Under the pieces are notes generated by a model. That model was not told the DNA's origin, did no database searches, and saw nothing but the letters and a program-made list of their open reading frames with translations. 64,000 nucleotides of DNA from an uncultured Candidatus Babeliaceae bacterium (GTDB lineage Bacteria; Babelota; Babeliae; Babelales; Babelaceae): NCBI GenBank assembly GCA_963704655.1, contig OY969927.1:800001-864000 (forward strand), in the 5' to 3' direction. The translations under genes were made by a program, and so were the position numbers. Below, piece by piece: positions 9,627 through 20,019 of the stretch (position 1 is the stretch's first letter; the number at the start of each line of letters is the position of its first letter).

Positions 9627-10391
9627 TTATTGATTACCAACCTGTTGTCTATATTGTTCAGGTGTCATCACTCCAATTGCTGTACTATATTTACCACTTG
9701 GACTGAAAGTTAAATAAATTTTACCCTCAGCATCAATAAATGATTTATCTTGTTCGGCAGGAACACCTTTCCAATCCGTATCCTGGAAATGACCCAAACC
9801 TGATTTATAATAAAGTGGCGCGTCTACATCTAAATTAATTAGTTTTGTTTGACCTGCTGGCACTGAATATTTCGCTAAATCATTCACTCTATCATGAGAA
9901 AAAATAACATTAAATGAATCTTTTTGAGAGATATTTGTAACACGCACTACGCGATATTTTGAAACTGGCTTTACCGTAATCCCCAAAAATCTGGTTAAGC
10001 TATTTTCTTTAAAGCCTAATGATAAGGTTTGGTTATTACCACTTGGTTGATAAATTTGGCTTGGCTTAAAAATATCATATGGTTGCAAGTTCCAACCTTT
10101 TTTATCATAGCCAACCTTTTTAAATTCAATCTTTTCAAAACCGTCTGGCCTTTTATTTAACGTTATATTAACAATCCCATCTTCTTCTGAAAATCTTTGC
10201 CAATCCTGTAAAATATCTTCAGGTCTTGGATTATTTATATCAGCATTTGGCGCTAAAACACGATATGCGATTTCTGGGTGCCCAGGAATCTGGTTAACAA
10301 ATGTTAAAACCGTTACTTCATCATACACAGCCTGTAATGATACAGCTGTTGCTACTAGAGCCAACAGGCCTAGTTTTACGATATTTTTCAT
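9627..10391 (-). CDS. Secreted hypothetical protein, paralog of 8757..9473
   Basis: Near-identical leader and RBS; same shared motifs. Confidence 0.8.
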   Translation of the reverse strand: MKNIVKLGLLALVATAVSLQAVYDEVTVLTFVNQIPGHPEIAYRVLAPNADINNPRPEDILQDWQRFSEEDGIVNITLNKRPDGFEKIEFKKVGYDKKGWNLQPYDIFKPSQIYQPSGNNQTLSLGFKENSLTRFLGITVKPVSKYRVVRVTNISQKDSFNVIFSHDRVNDLAKYSVPAGQTKLINLDVDAPLYYKSGLGHFQDTDWKGVPAEQDKSFIDAEGKIYLTFSPSGKYSTAIGVMTPEQYRQQVGNQ

Positions 10392-10548
10392 AAATACTCC
10401 TTTTTTTTATATTTCACAATATCTCCATACTTCTAGCATCGCACAATTAATTTACATTTGTCAATAATTTATGAAATACTAAAAAGGGACCCCAATTAAC
10501 CTTTTAAAAGAGCATTTTCAGCTATTTTGACATCAAAATCAGGTTATT

Positions 10549-11202
10549 TTAGATAATTTTTGCAAATTGCTCTAATTTCTCTTCTGGTTTATTACCAAAA
10601 AACACTGAAGAACCAAGGGCAATATCCGTTACAGAGCCGGTTAAAACCTCTTGAATAGTTGCCAAATTAATGCCGCCGTCAACGCCAACGCCCATAGAAG
10701 TTTTATAGTGTTTTTGAAACTCTTCAAGCTCTTTAAGCTTAGTTACCGTGCCAGATAAAAAAGTTTGGCCAGAAAAGCCCGCTTGAACGGACATAATTAG
10801 AACATGATCAATATAGCCCATGAGTTCATGCAACACAGAAACAGAAGTCTGAGGCTGTAATGCGCAACTTGCCACCACATTACAATCTTGCAACCTTCTA
10901 AAGATACTTTTTAACTCTTCAACCGACGCAGATTCATAATGCACTGAAACAATATCATGCTCTTTAAAAACTAATTTATCCAAGTACTTATGCGGCTGAA
11001 AAACCATCAAGTGTGTCCACAATGGCAATGGTGTTGCTGAACGAATAGCATTAACGGTATCTACAGGAAAGGCTAAGTTCGGTACAAATTGGTTATCCAT
11101 AACATCAATATGAAAGCCGCCACAGGCATCACGCAGATGATGCAATGTTTTTTCCAATGTTAATGGATTACTTGCTATAAGTGATGGAAATAATCGTACC
11201 AT
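10549..11202 (-). CDS. rpe: Ribulose-phosphate 3-epimerase
   Basis: HIDVMDNQFVPN, HLMV, MSVQAGFSGQ, VDGGIN. Confidence 0.93.
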   Translation of the reverse strand: MVRLFPSLIASNPLTLEKTLHHLRDACGGFHIDVMDNQFVPNLAFPVDTVNAIRSATPLPLWTHLMVFQPHKYLDKLVFKEHDIVSVHYESASVEELKSIFRRLQDCNVVASCALQPQTSVSVLHELMGYIDHVLIMSVQAGFSGQTFLSGTVTKLKELEEFQKHYKTSMGVGVDGGINLATIQEVLTGSVTDIALGSSVFFGNKPEEKLEQFAKII

Positions 11203-11220
11203 AAAAGTCCCCTTTTTTAT

Positions 11221-11318
11221 GGCCAGCCCGCACCCAATTCGACGCAGTTTATCCTGAGCTTCGCCGAAGGGCTCAGGGCGAGCGGCCTATCCCGCCGTAG
11301 CTTTATGCAAAGGCGGAT
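11221..11318. repeat. Cluster of REP-like palindromes
   Basis: cctgagc-ttcgccgaagg-gctcagg (11253-11277) and ccgcc-gtagctttatgcaaa-ggcgg (11292-11316). Confidence 0.6.
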
Positions 11319-11360
11319 TTATCCCTACCATTAAGTATAGAAATTTAAATCCCTAAAAAA

Positions 11361-11386
11361 CAAGGGGCGGAAAATTCCGCCCCTTG
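11361..11386 (-). terminator. Intrinsic terminator
   Basis: caaggggcggaa-aa-ttccgccccttg hairpin. Confidence 0.75.
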
Positions 11387-11410
11387 AATGTAAGTTACTT
11401 ACTTAAGAAC

Positions 11411-14400
11411 TTAGCTTTGTGAAATCAACTCCTGAATTTGTTGTTGCAGAGTTGCTATTGTTTCATTTTGACTGGTGATCATACGTGTTAATACATCACA
11501 GCGTGCATTTAGAGTGTTGATTGACGCATGTTGTTTAATCAATGCATCAAGAGCAAGCACTTGCGCTGACAAGTAGTTAACCGAATCTACTTCACCAGCT
11601 TCATTGTATATAACCAACTCTGGACATGCCGCTTGTGTTTCTTCAGCGATCAAGCCATATGACATATTATTTGGAGAGTTCTTATAGTTAAACTCAACAG
11701 GACGTAAGTTGTAGACTTTATCGGTCAATGTTGGAGCTAGCGATTTGATGTTGTCTTTGTATTTTCTAGATGAACGAGCTATAACAAGCTGATTATTACT
11801 ATCAAACGAAGCCATATACCCTGTACCAGCATTTACCTCAGGCAAGTTAATGCAACCGAAGATAGTAGTATTTGATGTTTCACCAAGAACAGACGCTGGA
11901 TTACCAATAAAGTTAACTGCATCACCTGTGTACGTCTGTGTGTAGCCTAAGAAGATCGAGTTATTACCTTGGTGATTTTCACCTGCAAGAGCACCGATAT
12001 AGATATTACCCGAACTGCTCGTTAAGCTTGAACCAGCACCGTAACCCACAGCAGTATTATTAAAGCCGCTTGTTACAACAGCTAAGGCACCGTTACCATA
12101 AACAGTATTCATGCCGCCAGTTAAGTTGTTATTGTTACCTGCAAGAGTACCGATTATGGTGTTGCCGTTTGTTGGCGCTTCAATAAACGGTGTGCCAGGG
12201 TAACAGAATGGTGTACTATAACCACCAAAGTTAATCAAGCTATTGCCAGTTAAGGTAATGGTTGTTGCAACAAAACTGCCGGTAGCATCACGAGCTACAA
12301 CAGTGTTTGCATAGTCACAGGTGGATGTTGCGGTTACTAAACTAGAAATTGAAATCCAACTTGTTACACCAGTACCGTCAGTCGACAAGATCTCATTTGC
12401 TGTACCAGTATTATAGGGCAAGGTGAAAGTATATGGCGCTGATCCATTTGGAGCATCCATAGTAATTGGGCCACTGCCATCAAGTGGATTAAAGGTAACA
12501 GAGGTGAGCGTTATGTTTGTTGCATAGAAACTACCCAAGTTATTACGTAATACTAATGTGTTTGGCGTATCGTTTGGTGTTGCATTATAAACACCGTTAT
12601 AGGCAAACTCAAAGTTTTGATAGTCAATGCCAGAAATTAAACCGACGCTGGTTGTGCCAATTAAGTTACCTGCGTAGGGAACATTTAACTGGTTTGTATT
12701 ATTGCCGATCTCGTTCCACTGAACAAGTGTTCCATTTGCGGTGCTTGTTGTTAAAAATTGCACAGGTGCGGTTTGGCCATTAAGACTTTCAATGCCACCT
12801 GTTAATGTTGTTACCCATGACAATTGATTATTGCCATTGTAGAACAGTGACTGATTTGTCTGAGGAGCTGAAACCGGCCAGAGTAATGTATAGGTTGATG
12901 CTAATGATGCTGCGCCAAGAGATACTGTGTTATCGCTTGGACCTTGGAAGATCACATATCCAGTACTTGTAATATTAGTTGCTGCAAAACTTCCGGTGCC
13001 ATCACGTTCTACTATTGTTCCTGGGATATCAAGTGGTGTGGCATTATTAACGCCGTTATAAGCAAACTCAAAGTTTTGATAATCTTCACCGGTAATTAAA
13101 CCAACATGATTATTATCATTAGGTAAATTACCAGCATATGGAATATCTAATTGATGTACGCCTGTTACTGCGTTATCAGTCCAACCAAAGAATGTTCCAG
13201 CTGTGTAAGTAGTTAAGTATTGATTTACAACAGTTACGCTATTCAAGCTTTCAATTGCTGAACCAACAACAACTGTCTGCCATGTAAGATTACCGGTACC
13301 ATCATTAATAAGTGTCTGACTTGCGCCACCCTGTGTTTGTGGAAGTGTTACACCATATGTTGTCGCTGTTGCTGGGCCACTAATAGAAACAGTTCCACTG
13401 TTATCTTTGGCTTCAAACGCTACCGTTGTTACCGTTACAACCGTTGCTGCAAAGCTGCCTGTGTTATCACGCAATACTAAGGTGTTTGGGGTATCTGCTG
13501 ATGTTGCCGCATATACAGCGTTTGATGCATTTTCAAAGTTGAAATAATCGGTGCTTGATATTAAGCCAGCAAGTACACCATAGGTTGATGCTAGTGGAAT
13601 ATTAAGCGTATGCGTATTACCCAATGAATTAAATTCTGGTTGAATTCCAGCTTCACCATTTGCAAAGAACTGCACCGGTGTTGTTAATCCATTAAGACTT
13701 TCAATACCGCCTGTCAATGTTGTTACCCATGACAATTGATTATTGCCATTGTAGAACAGCGACTGATTTGTCTGAGGAGCCGAAACCGGCCAGAGTAATG
13801 TATAGGTTGATGCTAATGATGCTGCGCCAAGAGATACTGTGTTATCGCTTGGACCTTGGAAAATTACATATCCGGTGCTTGTAACATTAGTTGCTGCAAA
13901 GCTTCCCGTACTATCACGCAATACCAATGTACCTGGCACATCATTTGGTGTTGCCGCATATACAAAATTTGATGCATTTTCAAAGTTGTAATAATCTTCA
14001 CCGGTGATTAAACCAACATGGTTATTGTCATCAGGTAAGTTACCAGCATATGGGATATCTAATTGATGTACGCCTGTTGCTGCGTTATCAGTCCAACCAA
14101 AGAATGTTCCAGCTGTGTAAGTAGTTAAGTATTGATTTACAACAGTTACGCTATTCAAGCTTTCAATTGCTGAACCAACAACAACTGTCTGCCATGAAAG
14201 ATTACCGGTACCATCATTAATAAGTGTCTGACTTGCGCCACCCTGTGTTTGTGGAAGTGTTACACCATATGTTGTCGCTGTTGCTGGGCCACTAATAGCA
14301 ACATAACCGCTGTTATTTTGAGCTTCAAATCTTACACTTGTTACCGTTACATTAGTTGCTGCAAAGCTGCCTGTGTTATCACGCAATACTAACGTATTTG

Positions 14401-17392
14401 GAACATCTGCTGGTGTTGCCGCATATACAGCGTTTGATGCATTTTCAAAGTTGAAATAATCGGTGCTTGATATTAAGCCAGCAAGTACACCATAGGTTGA
14501 TGCTAGTGGAATATTAAGCGTATGCGTATTACCCAATGAATTAAATTCTGGTTGAATTCCAGCTTCACCATTTGCAAAGTACTGCACCGGTGTTGTTAAG
14601 CCATTAAGACTTTCAATACCGCCTGTCAATGTTGTTACCCATGACAATTGATTATTGCCATTGTAGAACAGTGACTGATTTGTCTGAGGAGCTGAAACCG
14701 GCCAGAGTAATGTATAAGTTGATGCTAATGATGCTGCGCCAAGAGATACTGTGTTATCGCTTGGACCTTGGAAAATTACATATCCGGTGCTTGTAACATT
14801 AGTTGCTGCAAAGCTTCCGGTGCCATCACGTTCTACTATTGTTCCTGGGATATCAAGTGGTGTTGCATTATAAACGCCGTTATATGCAAACTCAAAGTTT
14901 TGATAATCTTCACCGGTAATTAAACCAACATGATTATTATCATTAGGTAAGTTACCAGCATATGGGATATCTAATTGATGTACGCCTGTTGCTGCGTTAT
15001 CAGTCCAACCAAAGAATGTTCCAGCTGTGTAAGTAGTTAAGTATTGATTTACAACAGTTACGCTATTCAAGCTTTCAATTGCTGAACCAACAACAACTGT
15101 CTGCCATGAAAGATTACCGGCACCATCATTAATGAGTGTCTGACTTGCGCCACCCTGTTCATTTGGAAGAATTACACCATAGCTTGTCGTTTCTAAAGAA
15201 GCTGGACCAGTAATAGAAACATAACCACTGTTATTTTGAGCTTCAAATCTTACACTTGTTACCGTTACATTAGTTGCTGCAAAGCTGCCTGTGTTATCAC
15301 GCAATACTAACGTATTTGGAACATCTGCTGGTGTTGCCGCATATACAGCGTTTGATGCATTTTCAAAGTTGAAATAATCGGTGCTTGATATTAAGCCAGC
15401 AAGTACACCATAGGTTGATGCTAGTGGAATATTAAGCGTATGCGTATTACCCAATGAATTAAACTCTGGTTGAATTCCAGCTTCACCATTTGCAAAGTAC
15501 TGCACCGGTGTTGTTAAGCCATTAAGACTTTCAATACCGCCTGTCAATGTTGTTACCCATGACAATTGATTATTGCCATTGTAGAACAGTGACTGATTTG
15601 TCTGAGGAGCCGAAACCGGCCAGAGTAATGTATAAGTTGATGCTAATGATGCTGCGCCAAGAGATACTGTGTTATCGCTTGGACCTTGGAAAATTACATA
15701 TCCGGTGCTTGTAACATTAGTTGCTGCAAAGCTTCCCGTACTATCACGCAATACCAATGTACCTGGCACATCATTTGGTGTTGCCGCATATACAAAGTTT
15801 GATGCATTTTCAAAGTTTTGATAATCTTCACCGGTGATTAAACCAACATGGTTATTGTCATCAGGTAAATTACCAGCATATGGGATATCTAATTGATGTA
15901 CGCCTGTTGCTGCGTTGTCATTCCAACCAAAGAATGTTCCAGCTGTGTAAGTAGTTAAGTATTGATTTACAACAGTTACACTATTCAAGCTTTCAATTGC
16001 TGAACCAACAACAACTGTCTGCCATGAAAGATTACCGGTACCATCATTAATAAGTGTCTGACTTGCGCCACCCTGTGTTTGTGGAAGTGTTACACCATAT
16101 GTTGTCGCTGTTGCTGGGCCACTAATAGCAACATAACCGCTGTTATTTTGAGCTTCAAATCTTACACTTGTTACCGTTACATTAGTTGCTGCAAAGCTGC
16201 CTGTGTTATCACGCAATACTAAAGTATTTGGAACATCTGCTGATGTAGCTGTATACACAAGATTAATCGCCTGTGTTGAAGTTACCGTTGTAATCCAACC
16301 AAGTTGTCCCTGTGGATTTCCCACATCACCTAAAACTTGATATTGAGCAGAACTTGCACTTGTCGGTAAAATCAAATTAAATGGCAAACTTGAAGTTGTA
16401 CATGGTCCACGAAGTCCAACATAACTTGTATCATTATGGTTATAAAATTGAATCTCGTTGCAACTATCAAGAACCAGTGTTGATGTCATCACCAACGCGC
16501 CGGTCATGGTATCGCCAGAACGATTCACTTTATTAGAGAAATAGGTGTAATCATTATTACTAATTAAGCCAGAAGTAACGCCAGCAGTTGACGCTTGTGG
16601 AATATTAAGAACTTGAGTACCAGTAGGAATGGTGGTCCAATTCGGTGCTGTTCCTGCTTGAGCTGTTATTAAAAATTGAGCTGGTGCTGTTAATAAATTA
16701 ATACTCTGAATACCAGAAGTTGTTGCAATTGCTGAGGACCATTTCAAGTTACCAGCGCCATCTGTTACTAAGGCCTGATTTGGGGTGCCATCTGCTGGTG
16801 GCAAATTTAGAACATATGATGTTGTAACTGGGTTAGGTGCTTGAATAGATACACTGCCAGAATTAGTTGGATCTTCAAAAACAATAGCCGTTTGATTAGA
16901 CATGTTAATATCACCGGTCATGGTGCCGCCCGCTAGTGGAAGATAAACACCACTTGGGGTACCGCCACCGCCAGTAAAGCCTGGCGCAACAAGGGAACCA
17001 GTAATCAAAAGATTACGTAGATATTCATCTCTTGGGCGATAATTACGTGGATCTTCAACAACAGCTGTTGAAATAGGAAATGGCTGACCAATACGTGGCG
17101 CTTTTGAACGAAGCAGTTCAGAACGAATATGCTCTATGCTTTTTTGCACAGAAGCTAATTCTGAAGCTGATAACTCAGCCTTAATATCTTCAAAAAGTTC
17201 AACAAGTTGAATAATATCATGTTCTTGCACTATCAAAGCAGGATCAATTACCTGATCAATCAGAGCCTGATCGATATCTTTGATAAGTTGAACGTATGTA
17301 TTCAACTCTTGTGAGGTAACTGCTTGCAAAATAGAGGCATTAAATAGCCCAACAACAAGCATTACACTCAAATATGAAAACCACTGCTTCAT
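11411..17392 (-). CDS. Large secreted trimeric fibre/adhesin with tandem ~304-aa repeats and a C-terminal intramolecular chaperone (peptidase S74-like)
   Basis: Signal peptide; YLPLAGGTMTG and VNRSGDTMTG fibre motifs; SSRKYKDNI...LRPVEFNYK...YGLIAEE...VNY followed by a coiled coil. Confidence 0.85.
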   Translation of the reverse strand: MKQWFSYLSVMLVVGLFNASILQAVTSQELNTYVQLIKDIDQALIDQVIDPALIVQEHDIIQLVELFEDIKAELSASELASVQKSIEHIRSELLRSKAPRIGQPFPISTAVVEDPRNYRPRDEYLRNLLITGSLVAPGFTGGGGTPSGVYLPLAGGTMTGDINMSNQTAIVFEDPTNSGSVSIQAPNPVTTSYVLNLPPADGTPNQALVTDGAGNLKWSSAIATTSGIQSINLLTAPAQFLITAQAGTAPNWTTIPTGTQVLNIPQASTAGVTSGLISNNDYTYFSNKVNRSGDTMTGALVMTSTLVLDSCNEIQFYNHNDTSYVGLRGPCTTSSLPFNLILPTSASSAQYQVLGDVGNPQGQLGWITTVTSTQAINLVYTATSADVPNTLVLRDNTGSFAATNVTVTSVRFEAQNNSGYVAISGPATATTYGVTLPQTQGGASQTLINDGTGNLSWQTVVVGSAIESLNSVTVVNQYLTTYTAGTFFGWNDNAATGVHQLDIPYAGNLPDDNNHVGLITGEDYQNFENASNFVYAATPNDVPGTLVLRDSTGSFAATNVTSTGYVIFQGPSDNTVSLGAASLASTYTLLWPVSAPQTNQSLFYNGNNQLSWVTTLTGGIESLNGLTTPVQYFANGEAGIQPEFNSLGNTHTLNIPLASTYGVLAGLISSTDYFNFENASNAVYAATPADVPNTLVLRDNTGSFAATNVTVTSVRFEAQNNSGYVSITGPASLETTSYGVILPNEQGGASQTLINDGAGNLSWQTVVVGSAIESLNSVTVVNQYLTTYTAGTFFGWTDNAATGVHQLDIPYAGNLPNDNNHVGLITGEDYQNFEFAYNGVYNATPLDIPGTIVERDGTGSFAATNVTSTGYVIFQGPSDNTVSLGAASLASTYTLLWPVSAPQTNQSLFYNGNNQLSWVTTLTGGIESLNGLTTPVQYFANGEAGIQPEFNSLGNTHTLNIPLASTYGVLAGLISSTDYFNFENASNAVYAATPADVPNTLVLRDNTGSFAATNVTVTSVRFEAQNNSGYVAISGPATATTYGVTLPQTQGGASQTLINDGTGNLSWQTVVVGSAIESLNSVTVVNQYLTTYTAGTFFGWTDNAATGVHQLDIPYAGNLPDDNNHVGLITGEDYYNFENASNFVYAATPNDVPGTLVLRDSTGSFAATNVTSTGYVIFQGPSDNTVSLGAASLASTYTLLWPVSAPQTNQSLFYNGNNQLSWVTTLTGGIESLNGLTTPVQFFANGEAGIQPEFNSLGNTHTLNIPLASTYGVLAGLISSTDYFNFENASNAVYAATSADTPNTLVLRDNTGSFAATVVTVTTVAFEAKDNSGTVSISGPATATTYGVTLPQTQGGASQTLINDGTGNLTWQTVVVGSAIESLNSVTVVNQYLTTYTAGTFFGWTDNAVTGVHQLDIPYAGNLPNDNNHVGLITGEDYQNFEFAYNGVNNATPLDIPGTIVERDGTGSFAATNITSTGYVIFQGPSDNTVSLGAASLASTYTLLWPVSAPQTNQSLFYNGNNQLSWVTTLTGGIESLNGQTAPVQFLTTSTANGTLVQWNEIGNNTNQLNVPYAGNLIGTTSVGLISGIDYQNFEFAYNGVYNATPNDTPNTLVLRNNLGSFYATNITLTSVTFNPLDGSGPITMDAPNGSAPYTFTLPYNTGTANEILSTDGTGVTSWISISSLVTATSTCDYANTVVARDATGSFVATTITLTGNSLINFGGYSTPFCYPGTPFIEAPTNGNTIIGTLAGNNNNLTGGMNTVYGNGALAVVTSGFNNTAVGYGAGSSLTSSSGNIYIGALAGENHQGNNSIFLGYTQTYTGDAVNFIGNPASVLGETSNTTIFGCINLPEVNAGTGYMASFDSNNQLVIARSSRKYKDNIKSLAPTLTDKVYNLRPVEFNYKNSPNNMSYGLIAEETQAACPELVIYNEAGEVDSVNYLSAQVLALDALIKQHASINTLNARCDVLTRMITSQNETIATLQQQIQELISQS
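12780..16250 (-). repeat. Intragenic tandem repeat, about four near-identical units
   Basis: Marker ggaccttgga recurs at 12939, 13851, 14763 and 15681 (periods 912, 912, 918 bp). Confidence 0.92.
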
Positions 17393-17513
17393 ACCGTCTC
17401 TCCTGAAATTTTTTTGTAAAAAAATACTACGCTAAGAATGTAAATTAATTCTCATCGCCAGGTCAAGCAAACAATAAAAAATAACAAAAAGAAATTAGAA
17501 ACAAAAGGAATTA

Positions 17514-18467
17514 CTAGAACAGCAGACTAATATTAACCCACCAGGCAAAAATTTTAGTATCGAACATCTTTGATCTACTAATATTAAAACCTGTGCCTAT
17601 GCCACCCGGCTTTTTTAAGAGTAATGATTTTTTAAAAACATGAATAAAGTTTGCATAAAAACTATTTCTAGCAAAATTAGGTGATGTTATTTTTTCTGTT
17701 GGCAAAAGAGCCGCTTGGTTTGTAAAAAAAGTAGGGTTATACCCCACTTCAAAAATATTTACCTTATGACGATATTGCAAAATCATAAAAAGATCTGTTA
17801 AATTGCCAGGTTGAATTTTAGCGCCACAGGGTAAAATTGGGTACCACGTGCGATCAAAAAAATGAACACATCGTGCCTGCACTATGGCAGCTAGTGCCTG
17901 CTTAAGACTTCGAATAAAAGTGTATGAGATTTCCCCGCCAGCACCCAACCCAAAAAAACGCGTACCTACCAAGGTTTCGTATGTTTCCTGAGCAGTTACC
18001 TGATATTTTGTTGGAAAACCTCCAATGGCATAAAGAGACACTTGCCCTTTATCATCATAAAAAAAGAAATTTTTACCGGCAGTCAAAACAATATCATCAA
18101 ATCCCGTACGTGAATTTTTGAATGTTTGAGTTCCACAGGTATGATCCGTCTGATTTTCCAAACCGGTCGTAAGTTCTAACCACCAATCGTGTGGAGCTAA
18201 AAAACGAATGTTAAAAATTGGACCCGCAAGAAAAGTTTTTTCATATACATCTTGATGAGTTAAGGGCGCTACAATATGCCGTGAACGGTTATAGACTACT
18301 GGCAATGCAGTAAGTAACCAAAAACTCTCTTTACCCGGAAATATTTGTTCAAAAACATGCGTAGAAAATGCGCGCCTGATCTTCATGTTATATACTAGAG
18401 AAACCGCTTGTATCGAGCCGTAGCTGTGAATAAAAATTATTAAAAACAATCGGTTAATATTGCTCAT
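17514..18467 (-). CDS. Outer-membrane beta-barrel-like hypothetical protein
   Basis: Signal peptide from MSNINRLF; amphipathic strands; terminal WWVNISLLF; LVGTRFFGLGAG resembles LVGTKHGAFGVG of 26747..28192. Confidence 0.65.
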   Translation of the reverse strand: MSNINRLFLIIFIHSYGSIQAVSLVYNMKIRRAFSTHVFEQIFPGKESFWLLTALPVVYNRSRHIVAPLTHQDVYEKTFLAGPIFNIRFLAPHDWWLELTTGLENQTDHTCGTQTFKNSRTGFDDIVLTAGKNFFFYDDKGQVSLYAIGGFPTKYQVTAQETYETLVGTRFFGLGAGGEISYTFIRSLKQALAAIVQARCVHFFDRTWYPILPCGAKIQPGNLTDLFMILQYRHKVNIFEVGYNPTFFTNQAALLPTEKITSPNFARNSFYANFIHVFKKSLLLKKPGGIGTGFNISRSKMFDTKIFAWWVNISLLF

Positions 18468-18604
18468 GATGTTCTCACAATAGGCTTTTTTTCTTTGATA
18501 GTAGAAAATTCTTTCTTGAAAAATCAATACATTAGGTTACATTTGATCGTAGATTTACATCAAAAAAAAAAATTTAGTTATTCATAATTTTAATCAGGAG
18601 ACGC

Positions 18605-18982
18605 GTGGAAAGAACAGCTCTTATCAAAGAAAGTTTTAAAGCATTAGAAGCTCATGACTATGACGCTCTTTTAAGCTTTTTTGCCCCAGATGCCACCACA
18701 GACTGCGACATGTACGGTCATCTAAAGGCACCAGAGTTTTTAAAAATATTTTTAAAAGATTCAACGAATTCAAAAATCACTATTAAAAGCATTGATGATG
18801 ATCCGGTAGACAACCATAAAACTCACGTGCACTTTGAGTTAGATTGGACGTTACAAAATGGGCAAACTCTAACAAGTGATATTGTAAAAGTTTTAAGTTT
18901 TAACACTGATAACAAAATCAAGCATATAACTGCGACCTATAAACTTCTTGGGCTTAGCCAAGAAGCACCAGAAGCGGTATAG
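18605..18982 (+). CDS. SnoaL/NTF2-like protein
   Basis: FKALEAHDYDALLSFFAPDA and a C-terminal FNTDNKIKHI pattern; AGGAG RBS before the GTG start. Confidence 0.75.
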   Translation: MERTALIKESFKALEAHDYDALLSFFAPDATTDCDMYGHLKAPEFLKIFLKDSTNSKITIKSIDDDPVDNHKTHVHFELDWTLQNGQTLTSDIVKVLSFNTDNKIKHITATYKLLGLSQEAPEAV

Positions 18983-19164
18983 CCTCCTGAGAAAATTTTT
19001 TAAAAAATTTATTCTTATAAAAGTGTTGACTTTAAAAAAATATGGGAATAGAATCACTTTTAATTATAGACTTTTGAAATAATTTTTTATTAAATAATGC
19101 AAGATCTTAAAAATATCTCATTATACCCACAGATATGGGGCAGGTTAGTCAGCTGCCCCTATCT

Positions 19165-19938
19165 CTATGTGCGAATAGTTTTTTTAAAAACACAAATACC
19201 GCTTGCTTTATCATACGTAAAATCAAAATGAAGATGAGCTTTTGTATTTACCTCTTCAATGGCGGGCTTAAGCGCTACAAGTGCCTGTGAAGGAAAGGTC
19301 CGCTTGCCCAGCGTTAACACGTCACACAAACTATCAAGATATATAAACCAAATAGACTGGAACATAAAACTTTTAAGCAAAAGCTCATAAAGACGCATTG
19401 ATACGGGCCGAGCTAACTTTTTGTATGCATAGAAATTTATATAGTTATATAATCTTGTTTCTTTAAGTTGGTGTATATACAAGGCATTAAAAATAATAGA
19501 TATTTTTTTTGTTTTTTTATCAAATGTAACGCCGTCAAGAATGGTAAAGCATTTTTCTTTAAAGCCATCAACTTCAAAAAAAGATCCTCCGAAGTTAATC
19601 ACTACTGCTTGCCAACGCTTAAGTGCAAGCATGATGCGATCATATTTTGCTTTACTAAAATTTTTACTTTGAGAAAAAACATTTTTTGCTATCTCATAGC
19701 GTGTGATGGATATCTCACAAGAATTAAAATCTGATTCTTTTAATAGTTTATGAAGTAAATAATAAAGAACGAGCTTGTCAAAGCGAACAGGCAGCCCATG
19801 TGAACATTTTAGCTCATAAAAACCATATTCTTTTTGTATAATAAGCTCTTTCGGGTAATCTCTTTTAGAAACGATCCAATTTGGATTTTCTAAAAAATTT
19901 ATATCGTCCTTTACGAGCATACTATTATCAAATTCCAT
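19165..19938 (-). CDS. Replication initiator-like winged-helix protein (Rep_3/RepB-like)
   Basis: SITRYEIAK, LARPVSMRLYELL, LKPAIEEVN resemble plasmid initiators. Confidence 0.6.
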   Translation of the reverse strand: MEFDNSMLVKDDINFLENPNWIVSKRDYPKELIIQKEYGFYELKCSHGLPVRFDKLVLYYLLHKLLKESDFNSCEISITRYEIAKNVFSQSKNFSKAKYDRIMLALKRWQAVVINFGGSFFEVDGFKEKCFTILDGVTFDKKTKKISIIFNALYIHQLKETRLYNYINFYAYKKLARPVSMRLYELLLKSFMFQSIWFIYLDSLCDVLTLGKRTFPSQALVALKPAIEEVNTKAHLHFDFTYDKASGICVFKKTIRT

Positions 19939-20019
19939 TATATTCCCTCATTACCACTCTTGATCAATGCTAACCAAAACTCATAGTATTATACTATACC
20001 CTCAAAGAGACGTAATGCC

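Noticed and set aside
12780-16250. CRISPR array
   Set aside because: The repeats are ~0.9 kb, in-frame coding units with no spacers and no cas genes.
11411-17392. Prophage tail-fibre gene
   Set aside because: It has a Sec-type signal peptide and no neighbouring phage genes.
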